A DNA stretch of 64,000 nucleotides from Anaerolineales bacterium (GCA_036385495.1 DASVKG010000004.1:12085-76084), one strand, 5' to 3'; positions 16,469 to 26,552 are shown, counted from the stretch's first letter. Made by a program: numbers and translations. The notes: generated by a model not told the origin, from the sequence alone.

Positions 16469-17806
16469 ATGGAACCCAAAGAATTAATTGCTCGTGTTAA
16501 ATCGGATAATGTCAAATTTATTTCCTACCAGTTCACCGACGTAACTGGCGCAGTTAAAAGTGTGGACGCCCCCATTAAGCAATTGGAGTCCACATTGGAA
16601 GATGGCGTCTGGTTTGACGGTTCATCGGTGGAAGGCTTCGCCCGGATACAAGAAAGCGACATGCGCCTGGTAATTGATCCGGATACCTATGCTGTCCTCC
16701 CCTGGAGTCCAGTCGAGGCGCGCCGGGCGCGCGTCTTCTGCGATATTTTTACCCCCGATGGACAACCCTTTGATGGTGACCCGCGAGGGGCACTCAAACG
16801 CATTCTTTCCAAAATAACGGAAAGGGGCTGGACCTATAACGTGGGGCCCGAACCTGAATTTTTCCTTTTCCGCCGCAACGGTGGAGAGGCCATCCACCCC
16901 GTGCCGCACGATGTAGGTAGTTACTTCGACTTCTCCGCTGACGATGAGGCTGTGCGGGTCCGCACTGAATTAATGGATGCGCTTAACAGTATGGGATTGG
17001 ATGTGGAAGTGGGGCATCACGAAGTGGCCATCGGTCAACATGAAATTGACTTCCGGTTCGCTGATGCTTTACGGACAGCCGACAACGTGTTGACCCTAAA
17101 ATACACTGTCAAAGCAATCGCCGCCAAACACGACCTGATCGCATCGTTCATGCCCAAACCCGTTTTCGGGATCAATGGTTCCGGCATGCACTGTCACCAA
17201 TCCATTTTTGACAAAAAGGGTAATAACCTGTTCTATGATGCCAAAGATGAATATCACCTTTCCCCCATGGCTTACGGGTTCATAGCCGGTCAATTAAAAC
17301 ATGCCCGCGCCCTGGCAGCAATCGTCGCACCAACTGTAAATTCGTACAAACGTCTGGTCCCGGGGTACGAAGCTCCGGTTTACATCGGCTGGGCGCAGAT
17401 AAACCGCTCTGCGCTGATCCGGATCCCCCGTTTCACCGAAGGCCGCATCAAAGCGATGCGAGCCGAACTGCGCTTCCCCGACCCGTCTGCCAATCCATAC
17501 CTGGCTTTCGCCGCTATCCTGGCTGCAGCGATGGATGGGGTTGACAATAAACTAACACCCCCCGCCCCGCTTAACAATATTAACGTATATCACCTAGATG
17601 AGGCAGAACGCGCCAAACTAGGTATTGCCTCCCTGCCCGGTTCCCTAGCCGAAGCCCTGGATGAATTAGAAAAAGACAAAGTAGTTCGCTCGGCATTGGG
17701 CGAGAACATTTACGATGCTTTCACTCGTGCCAAGCGGGATGAGTGGGATGCCTTCCGAATTAATGTGACTGACTGGGAAGTGAAACAATATCTTGAAACA
17801 GCATAG
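16469..17806 (+). CDS. glnA: Glutamine synthetase, type I
   Basis: 445 aa. Beta-grasp N-domain (FTDVTGAVKSV, DGSSVEGF) and catalytic-domain motifs (FMPKPVFGINGSGMHCHQS, NSYKRLVPGYEAP, NRSALIRIP). SD GAGAGGAAA upstream. Confidence 0.92.
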   Translation: MEPKELIARVKSDNVKFISYQFTDVTGAVKSVDAPIKQLESTLEDGVWFDGSSVEGFARIQESDMRLVIDPDTYAVLPWSPVEARRARVFCDIFTPDGQPFDGDPRGALKRILSKITERGWTYNVGPEPEFFLFRRNGGEAIHPVPHDVGSYFDFSADDEAVRVRTELMDALNSMGLDVEVGHHEVAIGQHEIDFRFADALRTADNVLTLKYTVKAIAAKHDLIASFMPKPVFGINGSGMHCHQSIFDKKGNNLFYDAKDEYHLSPMAYGFIAGQLKHARALAAIVAPTVNSYKRLVPGYEAPVYIGWAQINRSALIRIPRFTEGRIKAMRAELRFPDPSANPYLAFAAILAAAMDGVDNKLTPPAPLNNINVYHLDEAERAKLGIASLPGSLAEALDELEKDKVVRSALGENIYDAFTRAKRDEWDAFRINVTDWEVKQYLETA

Positions 17807-17894
17807 CAACCTCAATCTATTAGAAGAAATTGTGTAACTCCCCTCCGAAAATCATATCCGCTGTAAATGGACGAATCTTGATGAATTATTACAA

Positions 17895-17940
17895 ACAATA
17901 CAGCGATCAACATCATGCGTGATCGCTGTATTGTTTTCTT
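17895..17940. terminator. Bidirectional terminator between glnA and yhhQ (convergent genes)
   Basis: 15-bp perfect stem ACAATACAGCGATCA / TGATCGCTGTATTGT with T-rich flanks on both strands. Confidence 0.75.
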
Positions 17941-18036
17941 GTAGAGTGATCAGGTCTTTCGGGATTACCTGGGGAGAAACAGGGAATGTGAAATCCTTTT
18001 CCAGCATCATGAATTGCTCAAAAAATCTTCCGATTC

Positions 18037-18756
18037 CTAGACATGAAACGGATTAAAATTAGTGTCCCGGTCGTAATAGTCTTCATTTTCAGACTTCTTC
18101 AACCTACTGACTGCCGCATAGGTAACCGGTGTCATTAGCGCTTCGACGCCAACCTTAAAGAGATAATTGGTTAATACTAGGGTCAAAAACAAGCTCCAGG
18201 GGAAAACATGGAACATAGAAGCTATTATGATGAATACGAACGTGTCCACCAGTTCGCCGGCAATCGTACTCCCTATGGTCCGAGTCCACAACCAACGACC
18301 GCGGGTCAAAATTTTCATTTTGGCCAGCACAAACGAGTTGGTAAACTCTCCAGACCAATATCCTGCCAGGCTGGCCAGGACTATACCCCCGCTTGACATG
18401 CCGCCCAGAATGGCCAGGTAGGCTGCATTGCCCGCATATTGCTGCCACTGGGATTCGCCCGGCAGGATGCTGACGATCCAGAATATCACCGCGCTAAGAG
18501 CCAGACAGGCAAACCCTGCCCAAATTACCCGACGGGAGTTTTTATAGCCATATACTTCGGTAAGAATATCTCCAAAGATATAACTGACCGGAAAGAGGAG
18601 GGTTCCAGCATCAAAGGCCATACGAACGCCGAAGATGCTGAAGCCCCAGTCGACAATTTTGGCTGAAGAGGCGATATTGCTGACCACCAGTATTGTCACA
18701 AAGACAGCCATGATCAAGTCAAGATAACGATAACGCCTTTCCATAATTATCGGCAT
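18037..18756 (-). CDS. yhhQ: Queuosine-precursor transporter (YhhQ/DUF165, VUT family)
   Basis: Six or more TM helices and the family motif LLFPVSYIFGDILTEVYGY. Start ATG 18756 overlaps the ttuA stop by 1 nt (TGATG); ATG 18744 is an alternative. Confidence 0.75.
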   Translation of the reverse strand: MPIIMERRYRYLDLIMAVFVTILVVSNIASSAKIVDWGFSIFGVRMAFDAGTLLFPVSYIFGDILTEVYGYKNSRRVIWAGFACLALSAVIFWIVSILPGESQWQQYAGNAAYLAILGGMSSGGIVLASLAGYWSGEFTNSFVLAKMKILTRGRWLWTRTIGSTIAGELVDTFVFIIIASMFHVFPWSLFLTLVLTNYLFKVGVEALMTPVTYAAVSRLKKSENEDYYDRDTNFNPFHV

Positions 18757-19670
18757 CAGCGGTTCAACATCCTGCAAAACGAACACAGTCCCGGCGCGGA
18801 GGTTGGCTGTCCACAGTTGGGACATGGGTGCAGTTCGGCCTGTATAGTCTCACGTTCGGCGAACAAACCGGATTTGCGAGCTTCCAGGAAGGATAAGTAA
18901 AACGACTGTTTTGCACCGGGGCGGTCGCTCTCCAATTTATTAAATAATTGCTTGTAATAAATCGATGTCGAGCCGACAGAAAATGGGCATTCGTCGTAAA
19001 TATACTCAATGCCGCGTAAGAGTGCATAGGCCAGCATCTCGCGCTCATAGATGCGGAAGAGCGGCTTGACTTTTTTTGCCAGGCCCGGGACTTCCGGAAG
19101 CACCGGTCCCTGGCGGAGCAAATATTCTCCCGACCAGGAAAGGGTATTTCCGAAAAGAACTGCGACCTCGTCATCCAGGTTATGCCCAGTCGATAGAACC
19201 TCATACCCAAAGTCACGAGTGATGCGGTTCATTACATGACGTTTGACCAGGCCGCAAATTGAGCACGGCTTGACCCGACCACGATGGGATTTAAGTGTAA
19301 ATTGTGGTATGGTCGCACCATATTCCTTATGAATATCGACGATATGAAGTTTCAAGCCGCGCCCAGCAGCAAATTTCTCGGTCAGGCGCTGGGACTCGAT
19401 AGAATAGCTGAGCCCTTCATCAATGCCAAGACAAATGTACAAACCATCAGCTTGATAACCCAGGCGCTGAAGGATGTCCCAGAGCGATAGCGAGTCCTTG
19501 CCACCGGAGACAGCGACGAGAACCTTTTCTTGGTGCGTGAACATCTTGTACTTCTCGATGAATCGCTCGATTTGTTCCGGAATCCAAGCAAGGTAGTGTT
19601 CTTTACAGAGCGCCAGTTTATGCTGGCGCATGTTGACCACGGCTTTTTGACCGCAAGCCCGGCACTTCAT
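18756..19670 (-). CDS. ttuA: tRNA 2-thiolation PP-loop ATPase, TtuA/NcsA family
   Basis: N-terminal zinc finger C3-x2-C6...C22-x2-H25, PP-loop SGGKDS, cluster cysteines PCSICG and DECP, and a C-terminal zinc finger CPNCG...CSFC. Confidence 0.8.
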   Translation of the reverse strand: MKCRACGQKAVVNMRQHKLALCKEHYLAWIPEQIERFIEKYKMFTHQEKVLVAVSGGKDSLSLWDILQRLGYQADGLYICLGIDEGLSYSIESQRLTEKFAAGRGLKLHIVDIHKEYGATIPQFTLKSHRGRVKPCSICGLVKRHVMNRITRDFGYEVLSTGHNLDDEVAVLFGNTLSWSGEYLLRQGPVLPEVPGLAKKVKPLFRIYEREMLAYALLRGIEYIYDECPFSVGSTSIYYKQLFNKLESDRPGAKQSFYLSFLEARKSGLFAERETIQAELHPCPNCGQPTSAPGLCSFCRMLNR

Positions 19671-19862
19671 CTACCCTCCAGAGATCGCGGCGATAAGTTT
19701 AATGACATCCCCATCTTTTAATATCTCATCTTCGGTAATCAACTCCCCGTCTCGCGTGCAGAGAACTCCTTCAGACAGGATGCTGTTTTTCTTGAGGGCA
19801 TCCAACAGGGTCATACCGGGGCGGACTTCATATTCTTCATTGCGTAAAATGAGTTTAACCAT
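19671..19862 (-). CDS. ttuB: ThiS/MoaD-fold ubiquitin-like sulfur carrier ending in Gly-Gly (TtuB-like)
   Basis: 63 aa ending ...IAAISGG. The stop abuts the ttuA start. Confidence 0.7.
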   Translation of the reverse strand: MVKLILRNEEYEVRPGMTLLDALKKNSILSEGVLCTRDGELITEDEILKDGDVIKLIAAISGG

Positions 19863-19915
19863 AAAGCTCCAGTAAAATTATGAATATGATTTCAGTTGGG
19901 ATTATACCCTGCAGG

Positions 19916-19948
19916 ATAAAAATAATCGCGGGCTCGAATTCCCGCGAT
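19916..19948 (-). terminator. Intrinsic terminator after plsC
   Basis: ATCGCGGG / CCCGCGAT stem (19925-19948). On the minus strand it is followed by TATTTTTA. Confidence 0.6.
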
Positions 19949-19952
19949 AAAA

Positions 19953-20627
19953 TCAGGCAAAGCGAAGGTATTTTTGAGGCGGTGGATCACAATCCGCGTA
20001 TTGGCCGCGATATTCCTCAGGCATTAATATCGCAATTTGAGACATGATTTCATCCGCCATCGCCTGGCGAATCTTCCCATTCACTTTTTCGCCCCGGGGA
20101 TCCAGGTAAAACTGCTTTCCCACGCGGAAGTGAAAATCCGTTCGTTTGAGTTTCTTCAGGTTGGAATTGAAATCCTCCCCACCCCAGTGAGCAATTGGCA
20201 GGACGGGTGCCGCGGCGTGAAGAGCGATTAACGAAATCCCAGGCTGCCCACGCAGCAACCGTCCATCAAAGGACCGCGTCCCTTCAGGGGCAATGGCGAG
20301 GATATCCCCTATTTTGAGCACTTGCAAACAAGCGCGGACGGCATCCAGATCCACTTCGCCGCGGCGGACGGGGATTGCTTCCCAAAGATCAAATAGCCAG
20401 CCCATGAATTTGCTTTTCCAAGTCTCGATTTTTGCAAGTCCGATCATTTTTCGGGGCTGGAGATGGACAAACAACAGCGGAACTTCAAGCGAGTTGATGT
20501 GGTTCGTAACCAAAATCAGGGGGCCCCGGGCGGGGACTTTGAGAATATCACGCTTGTCGATCCGGCAGAGGATATCTGTCCCCAGCCGGATGACATGGTT
20601 CATAAACCAGCGAAAGATGGATTTCAT
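19953..20627 (-). CDS. plsC: 1-acyl-sn-glycerol-3-phosphate acyltransferase
   Basis: Acyltransferase motifs NHINSLE (HX4D/E block) and APEGTRS. Confidence 0.75.
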   Translation of the reverse strand: MKSIFRWFMNHVIRLGTDILCRIDKRDILKVPARGPLILVTNHINSLEVPLLFVHLQPRKMIGLAKIETWKSKFMGWLFDLWEAIPVRRGEVDLDAVRACLQVLKIGDILAIAPEGTRSFDGRLLRGQPGISLIALHAAAPVLPIAHWGGEDFNSNLKKLKRTDFHFRVGKQFYLDPRGEKVNGKIRQAMADEIMSQIAILMPEEYRGQYADCDPPPQKYLRFA

Positions 20628-21553
20628 ACAGGATTCCGGGTTATGAATTCGATTTGTTGTGGAAGAAGCTCGATAGTCAGGTCCTTGCCTTCAATGCAGA
20701 CGGTCTCTCCATCGCAATGAACCGGAAGGGTACCCTTAAGAGCCGTTACCTGAACCTTGCGAGCTTGGGCCATGGTCACTTCTTTTTGTGTGGCTTGGGT
20801 GCCCTTCATGAAGTAAGGGATGAGACCAAAAATGCGCAACTGACTAGCTGAACGTGCAATGCACAGGTCAAAACTACCATCGCCGGGGTCGCCATTGGGG
20901 GCAAAAAAGAAACCTCCACCCATACGACGGCCATTCATAATCGACAGCATCAATGGGGAGATTTCCAACACTTTGTCATCGTAGGTCAGTTTGACAGTGG
21001 GCGCCTTGTAATATACAAAGATCGTTTCGATGGCAGCAATGAGATAAAGGAGAAGACCACGAGTCCAACGAATTTTAGCGGCCACGAAACCAGTGGCGGC
21101 ATCGAAACCAATGCCCACCCCATTACCGAAGTAGCGTCCTTCAGGATAATCGCCTCCCCTGACAATCCCCACATCCATACGTCGGCGGTAGTTCTCGGCC
21201 AAGATTTTGCATCCGGCTTCCACCCCACCCGGGATCCCCATTCCAAAAGCAAAATCATTCCCGGTCCCTACTGCAATCTGCGCCATAGCTGTCTTATTAA
21301 ATCCAGCCAGCCTGGCACGCATCAGACCATTCAGCGCTTCGTTTGCAGTTCCATCACCGCTAGCAATAATGACAGTCTCGTATCCATTGCGAGCGCCTTG
21401 CTCTGTCAACTCGGCGGCGTGCCAAGGCCGTTCGGTCAGCACTAATTTGTAATCAATGTTATTTGTTTTTAATTCCTGTTCCATCGCAGGGAGGGAACGT
21501 CCAGCAAATCCGCGACCAGAAATAGGATTAACAATGAGCAGGGAACGGGGCAT
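20624..21553 (-). CDS. Diacylglycerol-kinase-family lipid kinase (YegS/BmrU type)
   Basis: IVNPISGRG, ASGDGTANEALNGL and a GTGNDFA-type motif. Overlaps plsC by 4 nt. Confidence 0.8.
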   Translation of the reverse strand: MPRSLLIVNPISGRGFAGRSLPAMEQELKTNNIDYKLVLTERPWHAAELTEQGARNGYETVIIASGDGTANEALNGLMRARLAGFNKTAMAQIAVGTGNDFAFGMGIPGGVEAGCKILAENYRRRMDVGIVRGGDYPEGRYFGNGVGIGFDAATGFVAAKIRWTRGLLLYLIAAIETIFVYYKAPTVKLTYDDKVLEISPLMLSIMNGRRMGGGFFFAPNGDPGDGSFDLCIARSASQLRIFGLIPYFMKGTQATQKEVTMAQARKVQVTALKGTLPVHCDGETVCIEGKDLTIELLPQQIEFITRNPV

Positions 21554-21639
21554 GAAACACTCTCCTGAAATAGGGTATGCTGTATTTTACTTGTAACCCC
21601 GGGAAAGGGGCAACGTTTCTGTTACAATAAACCCGAGAT

Positions 21640-23196
21640 ATGTTGATTCTTTTACCGCCCGTAGTGATGCTCCTGACCGCAGTGACGCTAATTCTTTTGC
21701 GTTTTGTGCGGCCAAATTTTAAATATCCCTGGATGCTTGCCGTCGGAGGAGCAACCCTGGCGCTCGCCGGGATATTCCTCTGGAAAATCATACTGCCTCA
21801 AAGCATTTCCCTGGCTCCTTGGCAACCGGTGACGCTTTTCTTCTTTTCGCCCACCTGGCTGGCTGACGGGATATCCTGGCCGTATGCCCTGTCGCTGGCA
21901 GCACTGTCCACCGCAATTATCTGGACCTCGGTGGTACGGGTGGAGAACGATCCAGCCGCCTGGGCCGGGACGCTCCTACTCACCGCACTGGGCATACTGG
22001 CAGTTGCGGCAGAAAACCCTCTCACGCTTGTTCTGGTATGGTCGGCGATAGACCTGGTCGAGTTATTTGCCATGCTCTGGTCCACCGAAGGAGAGGAACG
22101 CAACCAGGGAGTTGTGATTGCATTTGCGGTCCGCGTGGCCGGAACCGGGCTGGTCTTGTGGGCCAACCTCGTCAGCACGGCAGGCGGTAACTTGATGAAC
22201 TTCCGCGCTACTCCAGAGAACGTTGGAATATTCCTTTTGATCGCAGTAGCCCTTCGACTAGGCGTGTTCCCCCTCCATTTACCTTATCTGAAGGAAAATG
22301 TTCTCCGGCGAGGATTCGGAACATCCTTGCGGCTGATCTCAGCTGCGGCCAGCCTCTCCCTGTTAGCACGAATTCCTGCAGGCGCAGTACAAACATTTCT
22401 TCGACCTTACTTACTTATCCTGACAGCTATTGCCGCTCTTTACGCCGGCTGGATGTGGCTGCGTGCCTCCGACGAAATATTAGGCCGCCCTTTCTGGGTG
22501 TTGGGCATGGCCTCCCTGGCCGTTGCTGCCAGCTTACGCGGTAATCCCACTGGCAGCATCAGTTGGGGTGTCATGCTGATCCTTGGCGGTGGGTTATTGT
22601 TCCTTTTCTCAGCACGCCAGAGGAGCATCGTTTGGTTGCCCCTGTTGGGTTTATGGGGTTTATCTGCTTTACCTTTCTCCCCCACCGCATCTGCCTGGCA
22701 GACAGGAAACCAGATTTCTGGGTTATTTATTATTCCATTCCTCCCCGCTCAAGCACTATTGATGGCTGGACTGATCCGGCATGCCCTCCATCCAGGAGAG
22801 ACCAGGCTCGAATCGCAAGAAAGGTGGACTAAATCCCTTTACCCGACCGGATTGTTCCTTTTGGCTGCAATAATCATTCTTCTAGGGGTATGGGGCTGGG
22901 AGGGGGCGCGTACTATCGGACAATGGTGGGCAGCCATGATCACTAACATTCTGGCTGCCGGGTTTACTGCCCTGTCGTTTACGGTACTGGTCAGGCTGGC
23001 ACCCGCCAGAACTTCCAATCAATGGACGCACATCTTTCGCCTCAAGAGGTTATACAATATTCTGGCAAATGTGTATGGTTTTTTCTGTAGGATTGCGGGA
23101 ATTATTTCAGCGTCTCTGGAAGGAGAAGGTGGAATCCTCTGGTCATTCCTGCTGCTTGTCTTAATCCTCTCCGTCCTCTCAACTCGAGCACGGTAA
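21640..23196 (+). CDS. Polytopic membrane protein, degenerate Nuo/Mrp antiporter-like subunit (tentative)
   Basis: 518 aa with about 14 TM helices. The stretch LGVFPLHLPYLKE sits where antiporter-like subunits carry PxHxWLPxA. Weak family call. Confidence 0.4.
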   Translation: MLILLPPVVMLLTAVTLILLRFVRPNFKYPWMLAVGGATLALAGIFLWKIILPQSISLAPWQPVTLFFFSPTWLADGISWPYALSLAALSTAIIWTSVVRVENDPAAWAGTLLLTALGILAVAAENPLTLVLVWSAIDLVELFAMLWSTEGEERNQGVVIAFAVRVAGTGLVLWANLVSTAGGNLMNFRATPENVGIFLLIAVALRLGVFPLHLPYLKENVLRRGFGTSLRLISAAASLSLLARIPAGAVQTFLRPYLLILTAIAALYAGWMWLRASDEILGRPFWVLGMASLAVAASLRGNPTGSISWGVMLILGGGLLFLFSARQRSIVWLPLLGLWGLSALPFSPTASAWQTGNQISGLFIIPFLPAQALLMAGLIRHALHPGETRLESQERWTKSLYPTGLFLLAAIIILLGVWGWEGARTIGQWWAAMITNILAAGFTALSFTVLVRLAPARTSNQWTHIFRLKRLYNILANVYGFFCRIAGIISASLEGEGGILWSFLLLVLILSVLSTRAR

Positions 23197-23198
23197 TA

Positions 23199-23783
23199 AT
23201 GATTACCATTCTAAATTGGGTCGCCCTATTAATTGCTTTGGCCACATCTCTTGGTGTACTCCTCCAAAGGGATTGGCGGGTGGCTATTGGTTTAATGGCA
23301 ACCCAATATTTGAGCATTTTTTGGCTGGTCCAAACGCATTGGCCTGTATCGATGGCCGCAGGAAAACTGGTCACAGGCTGGATGGCCTGCGCAGTCCTCA
23401 GCATGGCACAACTTAATAGCGACTCCAAAGGAGAGACTGAATCATCCTGGCCTCAGGGACGCTTATTCCGACTTTTTACTGCCGGTATTTTCATGGCTGC
23501 CACTTTTGCACTTTCCTTGCGGGCCTCAAGCTGGTTAGGTCTCAGCCTCCCGATAGCCTGGGGCAGCCTGCTACTAGTAGGAATGGGACTTCTTCAACTC
23601 GGCATCAGCGCCCAGCCTTTCCGGGTGGTCCTAGGCCTGTTGACGGTCCTGGCTGGGTTTGAAATCCTCTACGCAGCAGTGGAGAGTTCCACTCTGGTAG
23701 CAGCCCTTCTATCAGCCGTCAATCTTGGTCTGGCATTAACCGGCGCCTACCTCCTAAACATGTCGCAGGAGGGAACTGTATGA
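23199..23783 (+). CDS. Small polytopic membrane protein (about 6 TM), unknown function
   Basis: 194 aa. Starts 2 nt after the upstream stop and overlaps the downstream start as ATGA. Has an intramembrane Glu (GFEILYAAVESS). Confidence 0.5.
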   Translation: MITILNWVALLIALATSLGVLLQRDWRVAIGLMATQYLSIFWLVQTHWPVSMAAGKLVTGWMACAVLSMAQLNSDSKGETESSWPQGRLFRLFTAGIFMAATFALSLRASSWLGLSLPIAWGSLLLVGMGLLQLGISAQPFRVVLGLLTVLAGFEILYAAVESSTLVAALLSAVNLGLALTGAYLLNMSQEGTV

Positions 23784-25177
23784 GCGCTCCGTCCTTATGG
23801 ATTTTCCTCCCTCTTATCATGGCGGGTTTTCTCATGCTTCTGCGAAATCAGAAAGTAATTACCCTAATTGCCTGTATCTTCGCCCTTATTCTGACCCTGG
23901 CTGCCTGGTTGCTGCCGGTTGATATTGTCATGACAATCGGGAACTGGTCATTCAAACTCACTTCATCCTTCGATATTCTGGGACGGCGGCTGGTACTCGG
24001 CTCATCCGATTTGTCTTTGCTGGCCCTGATTTACGGCTCGGCTTTGGTCTGGTTTACCGCTGCTCCGGCGGTAAAAACAGCCCGCCGCCTGAATTCACTG
24101 GGTTTGGCGATAATCGCCCTGTTGGTAGCTTCGCTTGCGGTGGAACCTTTCCTTTATGCCGCCCTATTGATCGAAATGGCAGTGCTACTTTCATTCCCAC
24201 TACTTTCAACTCCAAGGAAAAGCCCCGGCAAAGGGTTGATCCGCTTTTTAATATTCCAGACTCTCGCCATGCCGTTCATCCTCTTCTCGGGCTGGTTATT
24301 GGCAGGGATTGACGCCAACCCCGGTGACCTGGGATTAGTGCAACAAGCCTCCATATTGATTGGTCTTGGCTTTGCCTTCCTGCTGGCAGTTTTCCCCTTC
24401 TACAGTTGGATCCCCTTATTGATGGAAGAATCATCTCCCTTCATGGTCGGATTCATTCTTTGGATTTTTCCCACCGTGGCCTTATTTTTTGGGTTGGGAT
24501 TCCTGGACCATTACACCTGGCTTCGAGATGCACCCGCCCTTGGGAGTGTTTTGACAACTGTAGGATTACTCATGATCGTCAGCGGCGGTATCCTGGCGGC
24601 CTTCCAACAACATCTTGGGAGAATCATGGGTTACGCTGTCATCATGGAGACGGGGTTCTCTATCCTAACCATCAGCCTAGGGGGAACTGTCGGGCTAAAC
24701 ATATTCTTCATGCTTTTGGTGCCGAGAACACTCAGCTTGGTTGTTTGGGCTCTTTCATTAACCATTCTTAAAGAAGATATACCGACCTTTTTTTTGAGAG
24801 ACATCAAAGGCTTGGTACGCGCCTGGCCGTTCGCAACTTCGGGGCTGGTGCTGGCAAACCTGGCATTGGCCGGAATGCCCTTATTGGCTGGGTTTCCACC
24901 TCACCAGGCGATTTGGGAGGGACTTGCATCCAAATCTCTCCTCATGGTCATGTGGATGCTAACCGGTACCCTAGGTCTTTTCTTCAGCGCAGTTCGCGTA
25001 CTGATGGCCTTTGCCACAGTTCCTGAAGGAGCTCAATGGGAGTCTCGTGAAACTATCCCACAGCGCATCCTCCTTTCCATCGGCTTTCTGGCTCTCCTCC
25101 TGCTCGGATTATTCCCTCAGTGGGTGTTGCCTTTGTGGACGAAGCTTCCTGTTATTTTTACTCACCTAGGACAGTAG
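23780..25177 (+). CDS. Proton-conducting-transporter-like membrane subunit (NuoN/MrpD-like)
   Basis: 465 aa. FPFYSWIPLLMEESSPFMVGF resembles the PFHxWxPDxYEGxP block of NuoN/MrpD. About 13 TM helices. Confidence 0.55.
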   Translation: MSAPSLWIFLPLIMAGFLMLLRNQKVITLIACIFALILTLAAWLLPVDIVMTIGNWSFKLTSSFDILGRRLVLGSSDLSLLALIYGSALVWFTAAPAVKTARRLNSLGLAIIALLVASLAVEPFLYAALLIEMAVLLSFPLLSTPRKSPGKGLIRFLIFQTLAMPFILFSGWLLAGIDANPGDLGLVQQASILIGLGFAFLLAVFPFYSWIPLLMEESSPFMVGFILWIFPTVALFFGLGFLDHYTWLRDAPALGSVLTTVGLLMIVSGGILAAFQQHLGRIMGYAVIMETGFSILTISLGGTVGLNIFFMLLVPRTLSLVVWALSLTILKEDIPTFFLRDIKGLVRAWPFATSGLVLANLALAGMPLLAGFPPHQAIWEGLASKSLLMVMWMLTGTLGLFFSAVRVLMAFATVPEGAQWESRETIPQRILLSIGFLALLLLGLFPQWVLPLWTKLPVIFTHLGQ

Positions 25178-25330
25178 TCTAATATCATTGCCAAAGGGGG
25201 AAATAGCAGAAACCTTGTATCACCGGATGAGAAAGGAACAAACTTTCGGAATTTTTGCGACAAGCAGTATAATCAAAAAGATAAATATTTTCCCAACAAT
25301 AATCTCCACTCCCATTTGAGGAGATACTAG

Positions 25331-26506
25331 ATGGAATTCGAACAAATCATAAAGCGTTTGGACTGGCTGGATGAAGAGCATCGCAAAGATAAAAGCACTG
25401 TTGAGGTGCTTGTTCAACGCGCAAGCAACCTTGAAGGCGATTTGAAAACTGCCAACAAAAAAATCAAGGAACTCACCACCCAAATTTCGCACTTATCCAC
25501 AGCGCCTGCGCGCATAGAACAATTTGACAATGCCTTAGCCAAGCAACGGATAGAAATTATTAAATATATTGACGATCTGGATAAAAAACACCAAGGACAA
25601 CAACCAGAAATCGACAAGCGCTATCAAATCCAATTCGAAGGTCTTCATAAGTCGGTCGCCGACCTCCGCAAAATAAAAGAATCCATAGCTGAAATCAAAA
25701 GGGAGCTCAAAACCCGCGCTGATGAAGAGACTCGCCGCAACAAATTCAGCGCTGATTGGGAAATGCGCATGCAGGCCATGGTTAAGACAGTTGAAGATAT
25801 CCAGCATGCACAAAAAGCTACTGAAGAACCTCGCCGACAGGATAGCAAACGCCTGGCCGACCTCCAGGGAGAACTCAGTGCGGCACGCAAACGCCTGGAT
25901 GAAGCACGTGAGAAAACCGATCTGTTTACTGACAGCATTCGACGGATTGAGACTCGCCTCAATGAAATTCTGACCAATGAGGCGGAACGCCGCCAAATGC
26001 AAATCAATTTTATCGAAACGCAGGCCCGGTTGCAGGTCGAAAGGGAACGCACCTGGAAGGAATGGGAATCATATTTGAACAGCCTGCACACGCAGTCCGA
26101 AACCCTAGACCGCAATTTGCAGGATTGGGAAGTTACCCAGCGCACGGTCAAACGAACCCAGGAAAAATACGATGAAATCGTCCTGAAGTTCGAGCGCCGA
26201 ATCAATGAGATCACCGAAATGCAGCGATTGGTTGAAGATCGTTTTCGACAAGAATGGGTCACTTTCAAGGCTGACGATCAGAAACGCTGGACAAGTTTCA
26301 CCCTCTCCCAAGATGAAACTCATAAAGACACACGCGGCGATGTGGAAAAAATTGAAGAACGGTTGACCTCACTTGAAGACCTGACTCAGACCCAACAGGA
26401 TGTACTTCAACAAACCAAGGATGCCAACGAGCAGTTATTTCAGGGTGTGGTGGCTCAGATCCATGAATTACTTTCCGCGTATGAGCGGATCATGAGTACA
26501 AAATAA
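25331..26506 (+). CDS. Hypothetical coiled-coil protein
   Basis: 391 aa, highly charged with heptad-like composition throughout. SD GAGGAGA upstream. No recognisable domain. Confidence 0.55.
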   Translation: MEFEQIIKRLDWLDEEHRKDKSTVEVLVQRASNLEGDLKTANKKIKELTTQISHLSTAPARIEQFDNALAKQRIEIIKYIDDLDKKHQGQQPEIDKRYQIQFEGLHKSVADLRKIKESIAEIKRELKTRADEETRRNKFSADWEMRMQAMVKTVEDIQHAQKATEEPRRQDSKRLADLQGELSAARKRLDEAREKTDLFTDSIRRIETRLNEILTNEAERRQMQINFIETQARLQVERERTWKEWESYLNSLHTQSETLDRNLQDWEVTQRTVKRTQEKYDEIVLKFERRINEITEMQRLVEDRFRQEWVTFKADDQKRWTSFTLSQDETHKDTRGDVEKIEERLTSLEDLTQTQQDVLQQTKDANEQLFQGVVAQIHELLSAYERIMSTK

Positions 26507-26552
26507 TTCCGAAGGGATAGGAGACGCTTTTCTCCTGCGAAATTGAGGAAGC

